This document shows, one piece after another, positions 27,191-36,091 of a stretch of DNA of 45,723 bases. The position numbers and the translations under genes are program-made. Position 1 is the stretch's first letter. Each line of letters opens with the position of its first letter. The notes beneath the pieces are model-generated. The model saw only the letters and a list, made by a program, of their open reading frames with translations. It had not been told where the DNA came from and made no database searches. The stretch is from Gammaproteobacteria bacterium (GTDB taxonomy: Bacteria; Pseudomonadota; Gammaproteobacteria; Arenicellales; Poriferihabitantaceae), in the NCBI GenBank assembly GCA_022826305.1, contig JAJDVC010000024.1, positions 1 through 45,723 on the forward strand, given 5' to 3'.

Positions 27191-28878
27191 CAGAATCCCC
27201 GATGCAGGTAGAGCACTGCCAGCAGTCCCGCCAGGAACACCATGGTGATCAGGACCATGCCCCGGACATGCCAGGGCATCAGAAGATCGTAGGACTGTCT
27301 GCGCAGGAACGGAATCATCAATGCCACTGTGCCCGTAACCACGGAACGGACCCGGCTGCCGAGGGTCACGGCAGTTCCGTACAGGAGACCGTAAAACGCA
27401 GGCCATGCCTTGCGGTAGAACCACTCGGCATCCAGATTTGTGGATTTCAGTTCCGGAGGATAAAGCCCTGCCAGCTGTAGCCACACGAAGGCCAGGGCAG
27501 AGAAGAACAATAGCTGGACCTGCTCGACGACATGGGGAACGTCAAACGGCATGTAGTCCACGGCAAAGGGAAGATGGCCGTAAAGCAGCCATGGGTAACT
27601 GCCGATGAACACACACAGCCCGGCGGCAAGGGACATGGCGACCAGCATATGCCGGGGGGCTTCCGCAGGACGCTTCCCGGAATCATGGGCAAAAAACGCA
27701 AAGTACGGTATCTTGATGCCCGCATGGTGGAACACACCTGCCGACGCGAACAGCATGGCCAGCCAGACCAGTTCATGGTGCTCTGCCAGCAATGCCGACA
27801 TGACCATGGACTTGCTGACGAACCCGCTGAACAGCGGGAATGCCGAAATCGATGCAGCCCCGACCAGGCAAAGCCCTGCAGTCCCTGGCATGGTCCGAAA
27901 CAACCCGCCGAGTTCGGACCCGCGGATTTCCCCTGTCCTGAACAGGACAGCCCCCATGGTCATCATCAACAGTCCCTTGAAGATGACATCATTGAATGCG
28001 TGGGCAACTGCACCATTGATTGCCAGCTCCGTTCCGATCCCCACGCCACAGACCATGAACCCGATCTGGTTGATCATGCTGTATCCCAGCACGCGACGCA
28101 GGTCATTTTCAATCACCGCATAGAATATGGGGAAGCAGGCCATGATCGCCCCGACATAGATCAGCAGATCCAGTCCGGCGAATGTTCTCGCCAGCGCATA
28201 GACAGCGACCTTCGTGGTAAATGCGCTCAGGAATACCGCACCACTGGGTGTTGCCTCCGGATAGGCATCCGTCAGCCAGTTGTGCAGCATCGGGAATGCC
28301 GCCTTGATTCCGAAAGCCGCAAGGATGAAGACGGCACCGGGATGATCCAGGTCCATTGGCCCCACGTCTATCCCGCCAGTCTCGTAAAACAGTACCAATG
28401 CCCCGGTCAGGAGCAACACGCCGGATAGAACCTGGAAGACCAGATACCGGATGGCCGCCCGAACGGCCCTGGAGGTTCCCCTGGCAGTGATGAAGGGAAC
28501 GGAAGCCAATGCCAGGCATTCCCAGAAAACGAACATGGTGAGCAGGTCCCCGGCATATACAACCCCCAGCGCACTCCCCGGGTACAGCAGTGCGGCAACC
28601 TGCTGTGGCCGGTCCGTAACATGCCAGGAAAATATGATGCCGATGATGGCGGCCACATGGAACAGCACGCCGAAAATGAAACTCAGGCGATCCATGGTGA
28701 AAGGCACCAGATCCAGTCCGAACAGGCCTATCTGCCAGACAGCATCGGGGCTGATCGACAACAGATTGACCAGCCCGGCAACCGGCACAGCCAGCAGGAC
28801 GTGACGACGCAGGGAGGCGGGAGTGAGCAGGGCTGCCAGCGCCCCGGCATAGAGAATCAGGAAGGGCGCGTTAATCAT
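27190..28878 (-). CDS. MrpA/MrpD (NuoL/M/N)-like proton-antiporter subunit, third copy
   Basis: The ATG at 28878 is preceded by GAGGA. The 562-aa polytopic protein has the antiporter-core pattern (LLTMFVFWECLALASVP). Confidence 0.8.
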   Translation of the reverse strand: MINAPFLILYAGALAALLTPASLRRHVLLAVPVAGLVNLLSISPDAVWQIGLFGLDLVPFTMDRLSFIFGVLFHVAAIIGIIFSWHVTDRPQQVAALLYPGSALGVVYAGDLLTMFVFWECLALASVPFITARGTSRAVRAAIRYLVFQVLSGVLLLTGALVLFYETGGIDVGPMDLDHPGAVFILAAFGIKAAFPMLHNWLTDAYPEATPSGAVFLSAFTTKVAVYALARTFAGLDLLIYVGAIMACFPIFYAVIENDLRRVLGYSMINQIGFMVCGVGIGTELAINGAVAHAFNDVIFKGLLMMTMGAVLFRTGEIRGSELGGLFRTMPGTAGLCLVGAASISAFPLFSGFVSKSMVMSALLAEHHELVWLAMLFASAGVFHHAGIKIPYFAFFAHDSGKRPAEAPRHMLVAMSLAAGLCVFIGSYPWLLYGHLPFAVDYMPFDVPHVVEQVQLLFFSALAFVWLQLAGLYPPELKSTNLDAEWFYRKAWPAFYGLLYGTAVTLGSRVRSVVTGTVALMIPFLRRQSYDLLMPWHVRGMVLITMVFLAGLLAVLYLHRGF

Positions 28879-29101
28879 AATGATCCTCGTCCCGCATGAG
28901 CGGTTTGCGCATCCATGTCGCGACCAGCACGAGAATGACACAGGCTGCGAACCCGTACCAGGCGAAGAAACCGAAAAAATTCCACCAGTGCTCTCCGTGC
29001 TTGTTCACGACCAGATCCAGCAGGACCAGGACTCCGCACAGGAGAAAAAAAACTTTCAGCCACTTCCCGAGTCCCGGGGACAGGTTATCGAACCGTTTCA
29101 T
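28871..29101 (-). CDS. Small two-TM membrane protein embedded in the Mrp-like operon
   Basis: The ATG at 29101 overlaps the upstream stop (ATGA), giving 76 aa: MKRFDNLSPGLGKWLKVFFLLCGVLVLLDLVV...FFGFFAWYGFAACVILVLVATW. It overlaps the downstream gene by 8 nt. Confidence 0.6.
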   Translation of the reverse strand: MKRFDNLSPGLGKWLKVFFLLCGVLVLLDLVVNKHGEHWWNFFGFFAWYGFAACVILVLVATWMRKPLMRDEDHYD

Positions 29102-30549
29102 GGGGACGCCATCCTCCGGGTGAGATCGGCCAGCAGCCCCTGCAGATCTCCCGACAGGAAGAAGAGCGCGCAACTCAGCAATGCGGTCAGCACCAGGGGA
29201 CCGATCAGCGCTGGCCGGCATTCCAGCCTGGCTTGAGGCTGTGGCGCGGGAAGGAAGAAAGCGCGCAGGGGAACAGCAAGCAGGTAATACACGTTCATCA
29301 GCGAACTCAGCATCAGGACGCCCAGGATCGCAACCTGTCCCAGTTCAAGCGCTCCCAGTGCAAGATACCACTTGCTCCACACCCCCCCTGTCGGCGGCAG
29401 GCCGGCTATGGACAGGGATGCGACGAAAAAGGCACCGAACGTCCAGGGCATTGACCTGCCCAGGCCATTCATGTCCGAAATGTACTTCTTCCCGGAGCAT
29501 ATCATTATCGCGCCAGCACAGAAGAACAGCGTGATCTTTCCAAACGCATGCATCACGATATGCATTCCGCTTCCGATCAGGGCCAGGGAGTTGGCCATCA
29601 GTGCTCCCGTGACAATGTAGGATAGCTGGCTGACCGTGGAATAGGCCAGCCTTGCCTTGATATCGTCCTGCCTCATTGCAATGAACGAGGCGACAAGGAC
29701 GGTAGCCGCCGGAAACCAGATGAGAATATCGCGCAGGAACACGACATTCAGGAGGTCGTATCCGAAAATGTACACGGTTATCTTGAGCATGGAGAATACC
29801 CCTGCCTTGACCACCGCGACAGCATGCAGCAAGGCGCTGACCGGGGCTGGCGCCACCATGGCCCTGGGCAGCCATCTGTGCAGCGGCATTACCGCGGCCT
29901 TGCCAATCCCGAAGACAAACAACACCAGCAACACTGCCACCAGGGCGGGCGAAGTGGACGCAAGCTGTCCCCCCGGAACAAAGGACAGTCCGGAACCGTA
30001 ATTGCCGACCAGTACAATGGCAAGCAGGAACAGCAGCAGGGAACTTGCCAGCAGTACGCCCAGATAGACCCGGCCTGCAGACACCGCCTCCCGGGTCCGG
30101 CTGTGCGTGACCAGCGGCCAGGTGGAAAAGGTCAGCATTTCATAAAACAGGAACAGGGTAAACAGGTTCTCCGAAAAGGCAATTCCCATCGCACTGCCGA
30201 TCGCGACACAGAACAGGGCATGAAACCGGGTCTGATGCGTATCCCGGCACGCATCCAGATAGCTGACGGCATAGATCGAGGTAATGGGCCACAGTATTCC
30301 TGCAGTCAGGCCGAAAACCAGGCCGAGCGGCTCGACATGGAATGCGATGCTGAGCCCGGGAAGCGTCTCGAACAGCACCTGAACTTCCTGGTATCCGGAC
30401 AGGTTCAGGGCAATATGACCTACCATGGCAAGGTTCCCGATACCCGTCAGGACCAGTACCAGATTTCTCAGGCCGACATGCCTCCGGGCCAAAACAATCC
30501 CTATCGCCCCGAGCAGGGGAATCAGTACGACCGCGGAAACCGGAATCAC
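29098..30549 (-). CDS. MrpA/MrpD (NuoL/M/N)-like proton-antiporter subunit, second copy
   Basis: GTG start at 30549 in a GTGA overlap with the upstream stop. The product is 483 aa with the LFTLFLFYEMLTFSTWPLV core motif. Confidence 0.8.
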   Translation of the reverse strand: MIPVSAVVLIPLLGAIGIVLARRHVGLRNLVLVLTGIGNLAMVGHIALNLSGYQEVQVLFETLPGLSIAFHVEPLGLVFGLTAGILWPITSIYAVSYLDACRDTHQTRFHALFCVAIGSAMGIAFSENLFTLFLFYEMLTFSTWPLVTHSRTREAVSAGRVYLGVLLASSLLLFLLAIVLVGNYGSGLSFVPGGQLASTSPALVAVLLVLFVFGIGKAAVMPLHRWLPRAMVAPAPVSALLHAVAVVKAGVFSMLKITVYIFGYDLLNVVFLRDILIWFPAATVLVASFIAMRQDDIKARLAYSTVSQLSYIVTGALMANSLALIGSGMHIVMHAFGKITLFFCAGAIMICSGKKYISDMNGLGRSMPWTFGAFFVASLSIAGLPPTGGVWSKWYLALGALELGQVAILGVLMLSSLMNVYYLLAVPLRAFFLPAPQPQARLECRPALIGPLVLTALLSCALFFLSGDLQGLLADLTRRMASP

Positions 30550-32036
30550 GAACCGTTTCCGGTGAGGGCGGCAGCCGCCAGCCCAGCCCACCCGGTGACC
30601 AGGGACGCATGAAGCCCGAACCAGAGCACCAGGCCCATTACCACGACCAGCGGGAACCACTCCACGAACGCAAGCGGAGAACGTGTCTGCTGAAGCGGGA
30701 TATCGGCCGGTTTGGCCCAGAGAATCTCGACAATTCTCCAGACATAGGCGGCACTGGCCAGGGATCCCGCCAGTACGGGGATCGCCAGCCACCACCACCC
30801 GCGCTCAACAACGGCAGAAACCAGCACCCACTTGCTCACGAAGCCGGGGGTGCCGGGAAGACCGATCAGTCCCAGTCCGCCGAACAGCAGGGTGTAGCAG
30901 GCGAATCGGTGTGTATGGGCCACACTGCCCAGATGCCTGATACGCGCCGTACCTGTCCGGGCAATCAGTATCCCGACAGCCATGAACACGGCTACCTTGA
31001 TGATGGAATGGTTGAAAAGGTGTACGAGCGCTGCCGCAACCCCGGCGCCGGTACCAAGTCCGATCGCCAGGATGATGTACGAGATCTGGGCCACGCTCGA
31101 CCAGGCGAACATGCGCTTCAGGTTCGATTCCCTCAAGGCGATCAGAGGCGCAACCAGCATGCCGGAAATGGCGCATGCGACCAGGACGATGTCTACAGGA
31201 ACCGAGAGAGCGTGGTCTACGCCGAACAGGTCATGGACAAAACGCAACAGGACATACAGGGCGACCTTGGTAGCAGTTCCGCTGAGCAGGACGGTAACGG
31301 AATTCGGCGCGAAACTGTAGGCATTCGGAAGCCAGTCATGAAGCGGCATCATCGCACACTTGATGCCCAGGCCGATAATCAGGAACGCCAGCGCCATGAT
31401 CACTGTCCTGTTGGCGCCCCGTGCATCGATCCTCTGGGCCAGATCGGTCAGGTTCAGCGTCCCGGTATGCATGTACAGCAGTCCGATGGACAGCAGGATA
31501 AACGTCGCGCCGACTGCCCCCATGACCAGATAGCGATACGAAGCAAGCAGGGCCCTGGGATCGCGACCGCAGCCGATCAGCACATAGGTCGCAAGGGAAC
31601 TGATCTCGAGGAACACGAAGACATTGAATGCGTCGTTGGTCACCACCATGCCGTTCAGGCCGGCCATGCACAACAGCCAGGCAGCGTAGAATGCGGCATG
31701 GGCTCCGCGCCCGAGATTGTCGTCGTTCCTGCCCAGGGCAAAAACTGCCGCAGCCAGGTTCACGAGGTTTATGGTAATCAGCACGAATACCGTAAGCATG
31801 TCGATACGGTATTCGATCCCCCAGGGCGGCGGCCAGCCACCCAGCGCATAGGAAATGACCCCGTCCGGATACACCTGCCCGGCCAGCATGAGCGAGATCG
31901 AGAGCATCACGAGCGCAGTCAGGATCAGCGCGGTCCTTGCCAGGAACCGGCTGCCCGCAAGGACGCACAACGCCGCCACGAGCAACGGGACCACGACCTG
32001 CAGGACCGGCAGGTGTTTCAAGGCGGATGAAATCAC
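30546..32036 (-). CDS. mrpD: MrpD-like (NuoN/M-like) proton-antiporter subunit, first copy
   Basis: GTG start at 32036 in a GTGA overlap with the mrpC stop. The product is 496 aa with the FNVFVFLEISSLATYVLI core motif. Confidence 0.8.
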   Translation of the reverse strand: MISSALKHLPVLQVVVPLLVAALCVLAGSRFLARTALILTALVMLSISLMLAGQVYPDGVISYALGGWPPPWGIEYRIDMLTVFVLITINLVNLAAAVFALGRNDDNLGRGAHAAFYAAWLLCMAGLNGMVVTNDAFNVFVFLEISSLATYVLIGCGRDPRALLASYRYLVMGAVGATFILLSIGLLYMHTGTLNLTDLAQRIDARGANRTVIMALAFLIIGLGIKCAMMPLHDWLPNAYSFAPNSVTVLLSGTATKVALYVLLRFVHDLFGVDHALSVPVDIVLVACAISGMLVAPLIALRESNLKRMFAWSSVAQISYIILAIGLGTGAGVAAALVHLFNHSIIKVAVFMAVGILIARTGTARIRHLGSVAHTHRFACYTLLFGGLGLIGLPGTPGFVSKWVLVSAVVERGWWWLAIPVLAGSLASAAYVWRIVEILWAKPADIPLQQTRSPLAFVEWFPLVVVMGLVLWFGLHASLVTGWAGLAAAALTGNGS

Positions 32037-32407
32037 GGCACGATTTCCGGTTCCACCTCGGGCCTGTCGAAAATCTCGTCCTCGTCGACCGTGCCGTATG
32101 CCCTGCGGATTCGCACGACCAGGGCCAGACCTACCGCGGTCGTGGCAACGCCCACCACAATGGCCGTCAGGATCAGGACATGCGGCAACGGATTGCTGAA
32201 ACGGCTGATCCCGTCGGCCAGAATCGGCGCATGTCCGTTTTCCACCTTGCCCATGGTGATGAACAGCAGGAACACTGCTGACTGGAACATGTTCAACCCT
32301 ACCATTTTCCTGATCATGTTGCGGCTGTCGAGAATCATGACCAGGCCGCAAACGAACAGCCCTATGGCAACCCAGTAGTTGAACAATCCCGGTATCGCGT
32401 CAGTCAC
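32033..32407 (-). CDS. mrpC: MrpC (NuoK-like) subunit
   Basis: 124 aa with three TM helices and a NuoK-like sequence (LNMFQSAVFLLFI..., LTAIVVGVATTAVGLALV). GTG start overlaps the upstream gene by 8 nt. Confidence 0.82.
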   Translation of the reverse strand: MTDAIPGLFNYWVAIGLFVCGLVMILDSRNMIRKMVGLNMFQSAVFLLFITMGKVENGHAPILADGISRFSNPLPHVLILTAIVVGVATTAVGLALVVRIRRAYGTVDEDEIFDRPEVEPEIVP

Positions 32408-33380
32408 CGGTCTGCCCGCTGCGGTTGAAGCTGACGAAAAGGGACAGCATGGTAAACGCTACCGTAATGCCGACTCCGATCTCAATCAGGAGAATGCCCA
32501 GATGCTGCCCGTCCGTGCTGGATTGCGCGAGTACGGAGTAGTCGAGATACTTCCCGCCTCCAAGCATGGATGCGACGCCAACCAGTCCGTAGACCAGTAC
32601 ACCGCCCGCCATGCCGCGGATGATCCACCGCTCGGAAATGACCCCTTGCATGATGCGGGAATCCGTCAGCAAGGCCAGCGTGATCAACCCGGCGCCCAGG
32701 ATCACACCGGCCTGGAATCCGCCGCCGGGGCCATAGTCACCATGAAACTGCACGTAAAGCGCAAACAGGATCACGAGGGGAATGATCCGCGGCATGACAA
32801 CCCTGAGAATCGAATTCGAAATCAGGCCATCCCCGGAATCCTGTCGTGCATGTCCCGCAGCCAGAAGAATCAGTACCGACGTTCCCGCCGTGAAGACCAC
32901 GACCACCTCGCCAAGGGTGTCGTATCCCCGATAGCTGGCCAGCACCGAGGTCACAACATTGGGAATGCCGATTTCCGTTCCGGAATCCTCGAGAAAGCGT
33001 GTCACCAGATGGGTATGAACCGGCACTTGCGGATCACCGTACAACGGCATGTCAAAGGTTCCGAATACCAGAAGCAGTCCGGTTGCCAGGGCAACGACGG
33101 TCGCCAGCGGGCCGGGCCACACGAACAGGCGGCCCGACTCGTCGTCGGGATGAATGACACAGAGAAACAATACGGTCGAGATTCCGGCACCCACCGCCGC
33201 CTCCGTAAACGCCACATCAACCGCATCCATGATGACGAACAGGGAACAGATCGTGAAACTGTAGAGTGCATTCAGAATGATCGTGTTCAGCGGGCTGTTG
33301 CACCGAACCAGCATCAAGGCCGATACCGACAGCACCACCAGCAGGCCCATGTCGACCAGGGCGTTGATTGTCGTAATCAT
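32400..33380 (-). CDS. mrpB: Fused MbhD/DUF4040-like plus MnhB-domain subunit (MrpB-like)
   Basis: The ATG at 33380 overlaps the mrpG stop (ATGA), giving 326 aa. The N-terminal part is DUF4040-like (AVDVAFTEAAVGAGIS). The central MnhB signature is NVVTSVLASYRGYDTLGEVVVV. Confidence 0.78.
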   Translation of the reverse strand: MITTINALVDMGLLVVLSVSALMLVRCNSPLNTIILNALYSFTICSLFVIMDAVDVAFTEAAVGAGISTVLFLCVIHPDDESGRLFVWPGPLATVVALATGLLLVFGTFDMPLYGDPQVPVHTHLVTRFLEDSGTEIGIPNVVTSVLASYRGYDTLGEVVVVFTAGTSVLILLAAGHARQDSGDGLISNSILRVVMPRIIPLVILFALYVQFHGDYGPGGGFQAGVILGAGLITLALLTDSRIMQGVISERWIIRGMAGGVLVYGLVGVASMLGGGKYLDYSVLAQSSTDGQHLGILLIEIGVGITVAFTMLSLFVSFNRSGQTGD

Positions 33381-33700
33381 GGTGCGCACTCCTCGCCCGC
33401 ATCCTTCCCGGCCCCCGACTCCTCTTGCGATGAATCCGGCGCCGCGCGCGCCAGCGCATGAGAAACCACAGGGGAAAGCACCATGGTCAGGATCACCAGC
33501 AGGATCAGCTTGAATCCCGCAACCCAGGTATCGGCATGACACAACAGACCGGCGACCACCAGCCAGATGCCCAGTGTATCGATTACCCCCGCACCGTGCA
33601 GGCGACAGAAGAAATCCGGCAACCGCAACAGCCCTACACTCCCGACCATCACAACGCAGGCGCCGGATATCATCAGCAGTCCGGCAATCAGTTCAATCAT
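33377..33700 (-). CDS. mrpG: MrpG subunit
   Basis: The ATG at 33700 overlaps the mrpF stop, giving 107 aa. The MnhG pattern is present: GSVGLLRLPDFFCRLHGAGVIDTLG. Confidence 0.82.
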   Translation of the reverse strand: MIELIAGLLMISGACVVMVGSVGLLRLPDFFCRLHGAGVIDTLGIWLVVAGLLCHADTWVAGFKLILLVILTMVLSPVVSHALARAAPDSSQEESGAGKDAGEECAP

Positions 33701-33971
33701 GACCCCGAACCCGCCTGGCGCCGAAATACCGCACCAGCGCCAGGCTGCCCACATAATTGATCAGGGCGTACAGCAATGCAATGTCAACATACTCCGGATG
33801 GCCAGATGCCTGGACATAGACGGCGATCAGCAACACGGTCTTGGTGCCGAATGCATTGATCGCAACAATCCGGTCGAACACGGTGGGCCCCAATCCGGAC
33901 CGCACCAGCGAACAGGCCATTGCACAAAGCAGCAGGACGAAGACCGGCAGGTAAAGCCACTCAGCCATCAT
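33693..33971 (-). CDS. mrpF: MrpF subunit
   Basis: The ATG at 33971 (or 33968) overlaps the mrpE stop, giving about 92 aa. The MnhF pattern is present: GPTVFDRIVAINAFGTKTV...ALINYVGSLALVRY. Confidence 0.8.
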   Translation of the reverse strand: MMAEWLYLPVFVLLLCAMACSLVRSGLGPTVFDRIVAINAFGTKTVLLIAVYVQASGHPEYVDIALLYALINYVGSLALVRYFGARRVRGHD

Positions 33972-34467
33972 GACCGCCCCCGTCTGGATGGTCCGCCGAA
34001 AAGAGCGTCTCGACCCGGTTGAGCATGGCATCATCCAGCAGGTCTTCCCGGGACCGCCTCGTCAGGGCATGCACGCGGATCTTCCGTACCGGCATGCCGG
34101 TACTCACCGTGCCCGGGGTAAGCGTAATGGAGTTGGCGTAAACAACCCGTCCCTGTTCATCCAGTTCCCGCGTCGTGACATCAAAAAATCCCGGAGATAT
34201 CCTGCCCGGGGCCAGAATTGCCCTGATCACCTCGACATTCGACTTCAGGACTTCGGGCATCAGCCATGCAAGGTAGCGAAACACGGGAACCGGGCGCAGG
34301 GTGAGCGGCTCCAGTCGGACAAGCGAAGCTGTCCGGCCGTAGACCCCCAGCGCAACCACGCACGATGCGCCCCCCAGCGACATCAGCAACAGGGTGAAAT
34401 GCCCGGAGAGCAGGCACCAGACGGCAACAAGCACCAAAAGACAGGCTATTCGGCTTGAAACAAGCAT
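33961..34467 (-). CDS. mrpE: MrpE subunit
   Basis: 168 aa with an ATG start. MnhE pattern is present: two N-terminal TM helices, then YLAWLMPEVLKSNVEVIRAIL and SITLTPGTVS. Confidence 0.82.
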   Translation of the reverse strand: MLVSSRIACLLVLVAVWCLLSGHFTLLLMSLGGASCVVALGVYGRTASLVRLEPLTLRPVPVFRYLAWLMPEVLKSNVEVIRAILAPGRISPGFFDVTTRELDEQGRVVYANSITLTPGTVSTGMPVRKIRVHALTRRSREDLLDDAMLNRVETLFSADHPDGGGHDG

Positions 34468-35003
34468 TGTCGGAATTCGTCAATATGCTCCGGCTACGGC
34501 CCTGGATACCGGCCTTTCCTGATCCTCTCCTGACTTGCCATGGGCCAGCGCCAGCACATTGGGCCGACCTCATGCCCTGATCAGCCCGCATTCCATCCAG
34601 CTGTCATGACCTGCGGGATCATTTCCTCCCATACTACCTAAATCCAGCCGGATTTTCATCCGCACATGCAATCGGCCGGAACGCCGAGGTCGTATCGAGA
34701 GGCAGCATTCCGGATTCCGCTGATCAGCCTGGTCGACACGCGGGGCCGGATTTTCCAGACTCCGTGCACAGCAGGGCCTGCGGAGTGATCCGGTTCCGCA
34801 TGGCCATGCGACATCATTGGTCTTGTCGATATCATGCATGCAGGCAGGATAAAAACCCGGATCAGGGGTATTCAGCAGTCAAGCAGTCTGGCACAATGCA
34901 GGCGCGGGAAACGGAGGCAGTCTGAAACGGATTCTTGCATGTGTCACTTTCAGCCAATCCACCCCGCGCGACACCGCTGATCTTCAAAAGCCACGGGCCC
35001 ACG

Positions 35004-36038
35004 ATGACGATGACTGTAATTGACCTGCGCAGCGATACGGTGACCCAGCCCTGTCCGGCAATGCGCAAGGCCATGTACGAGGCCGAACTGGGCGACGATG
35101 TATACGGAGAGGATCCGACCGTACGTACCCTGCAGGAAGCACTGAGCGAACGGACCGGCCATCAGGCGGCCCTGTTCTTCCCTTCCGGCACCCAAAGCAA
35201 TCTGGTGGCCCTGCTGACCCATTGCCAGCGGGCAGACGAATACATCGTTGCACAGAATGCCCACACGTACAAGTACGAAGGCGGCGGCGCAGCGGCGCTC
35301 GGTGGGATCCAGCCCCAGCCAATCGAAAGAAGCGAAACCGGCATGCTCGACCTCTGCAGGGTGGAAGCGGCGATCAAGGCGGATGACTTCCATTTTGCCA
35401 GAACCCGGTTGCTTGCCCTGGAAAACACCACCACGGAAGGGGCGGCGGTACCCGCCGAATATCTTGCGGACGCCCGTGCACTGTGCGACAGGCACGGCCT
35501 GTCCCTCCACCTCGATGGAGCGCGGGTCTTCAACGCAGCCGTCTCCCTCGAGGTGGATGTGGCGGAAATCACCGGGGTCTGCGATAGCGTTTCCATCTGC
35601 CTGTCCAAGGGACTGGGCGCGCCCGTCGGTTCGGTACTGTGCGGCAGCACCGAATTCATTGATCGTGCCCGAAGGTGGCGCAAGACGGTGGGCGGTGGAT
35701 TGCGCCAGTCCGGAGTCCTGGCGGCGGCCGGCCTGTTTGCGCTGAAAAACAATGTCGACCGGCTGTCCGATGATCATGCACTGGCCAGGTACCTGTCCGA
35801 CAAGCTCGCGCAGTTCGACGACCTGGAACTCGCTTACGGCGGCGCCCGGACCAATATGGTGTTCTTTTTTCTCAGGAGCGGCCGCTATGCCGCGCTGCAG
35901 GAATTCGGCAAACGAAACGGCGTCCTGTTCGGCGGCCGGAATCCGGTACGCATGGTGACTCACAAGGATCTGACATCCGGCGATATCGACGAGGCCGTCA
36001 ATCGGCTGAGGGGATTCCTTGAACCGGAATCCTCCTGA
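35004..36038 (+). CDS. ltaE: Low-specificity L-threonine aldolase
   Basis: The ATG at 35004 (or 35010) gives [19 protein letters not shown]...[11 protein letters not shown]...FPSGTQSN, with the Lys site in [14 protein letters not shown]. Confidence 0.88.
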   Translation: MTMTVIDLRSDTVTQPCPAMRKAMYEAELGDDVYGEDPTVRTLQEALSERTGHQAALFFPSGTQSNLVALLTHCQRADEYIVAQNAHTYKYEGGGAAALGGIQPQPIERSETGMLDLCRVEAAIKADDFHFARTRLLALENTTTEGAAVPAEYLADARALCDRHGLSLHLDGARVFNAAVSLEVDVAEITGVCDSVSICLSKGLGAPVGSVLCGSTEFIDRARRWRKTVGGGLRQSGVLAAAGLFALKNNVDRLSDDHALARYLSDKLAQFDDLELAYGGARTNMVFFFLRSGRYAALQEFGKRNGVLFGGRNPVRMVTHKDLTSGDIDEAVNRLRGFLEPESS

Positions 36039-36091
36039 AACACTGACCTGACAATCCCCTCCCGGAGACAGCAAGGGGATGTCGCCTGACA

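Noticed and set aside
27532-33461. Several long plus-strand ORFs (27532..28428, 29824..30612, 30609..32030, 32379..33461)
   Set aside because: All are antisense to the Mrp-like membrane genes. Their translations are highly charged and Gln/His/Asp/Arg-rich, with no motifs. The minus-strand products are coherent polytopic membrane proteins with overlapping stop/start codons.
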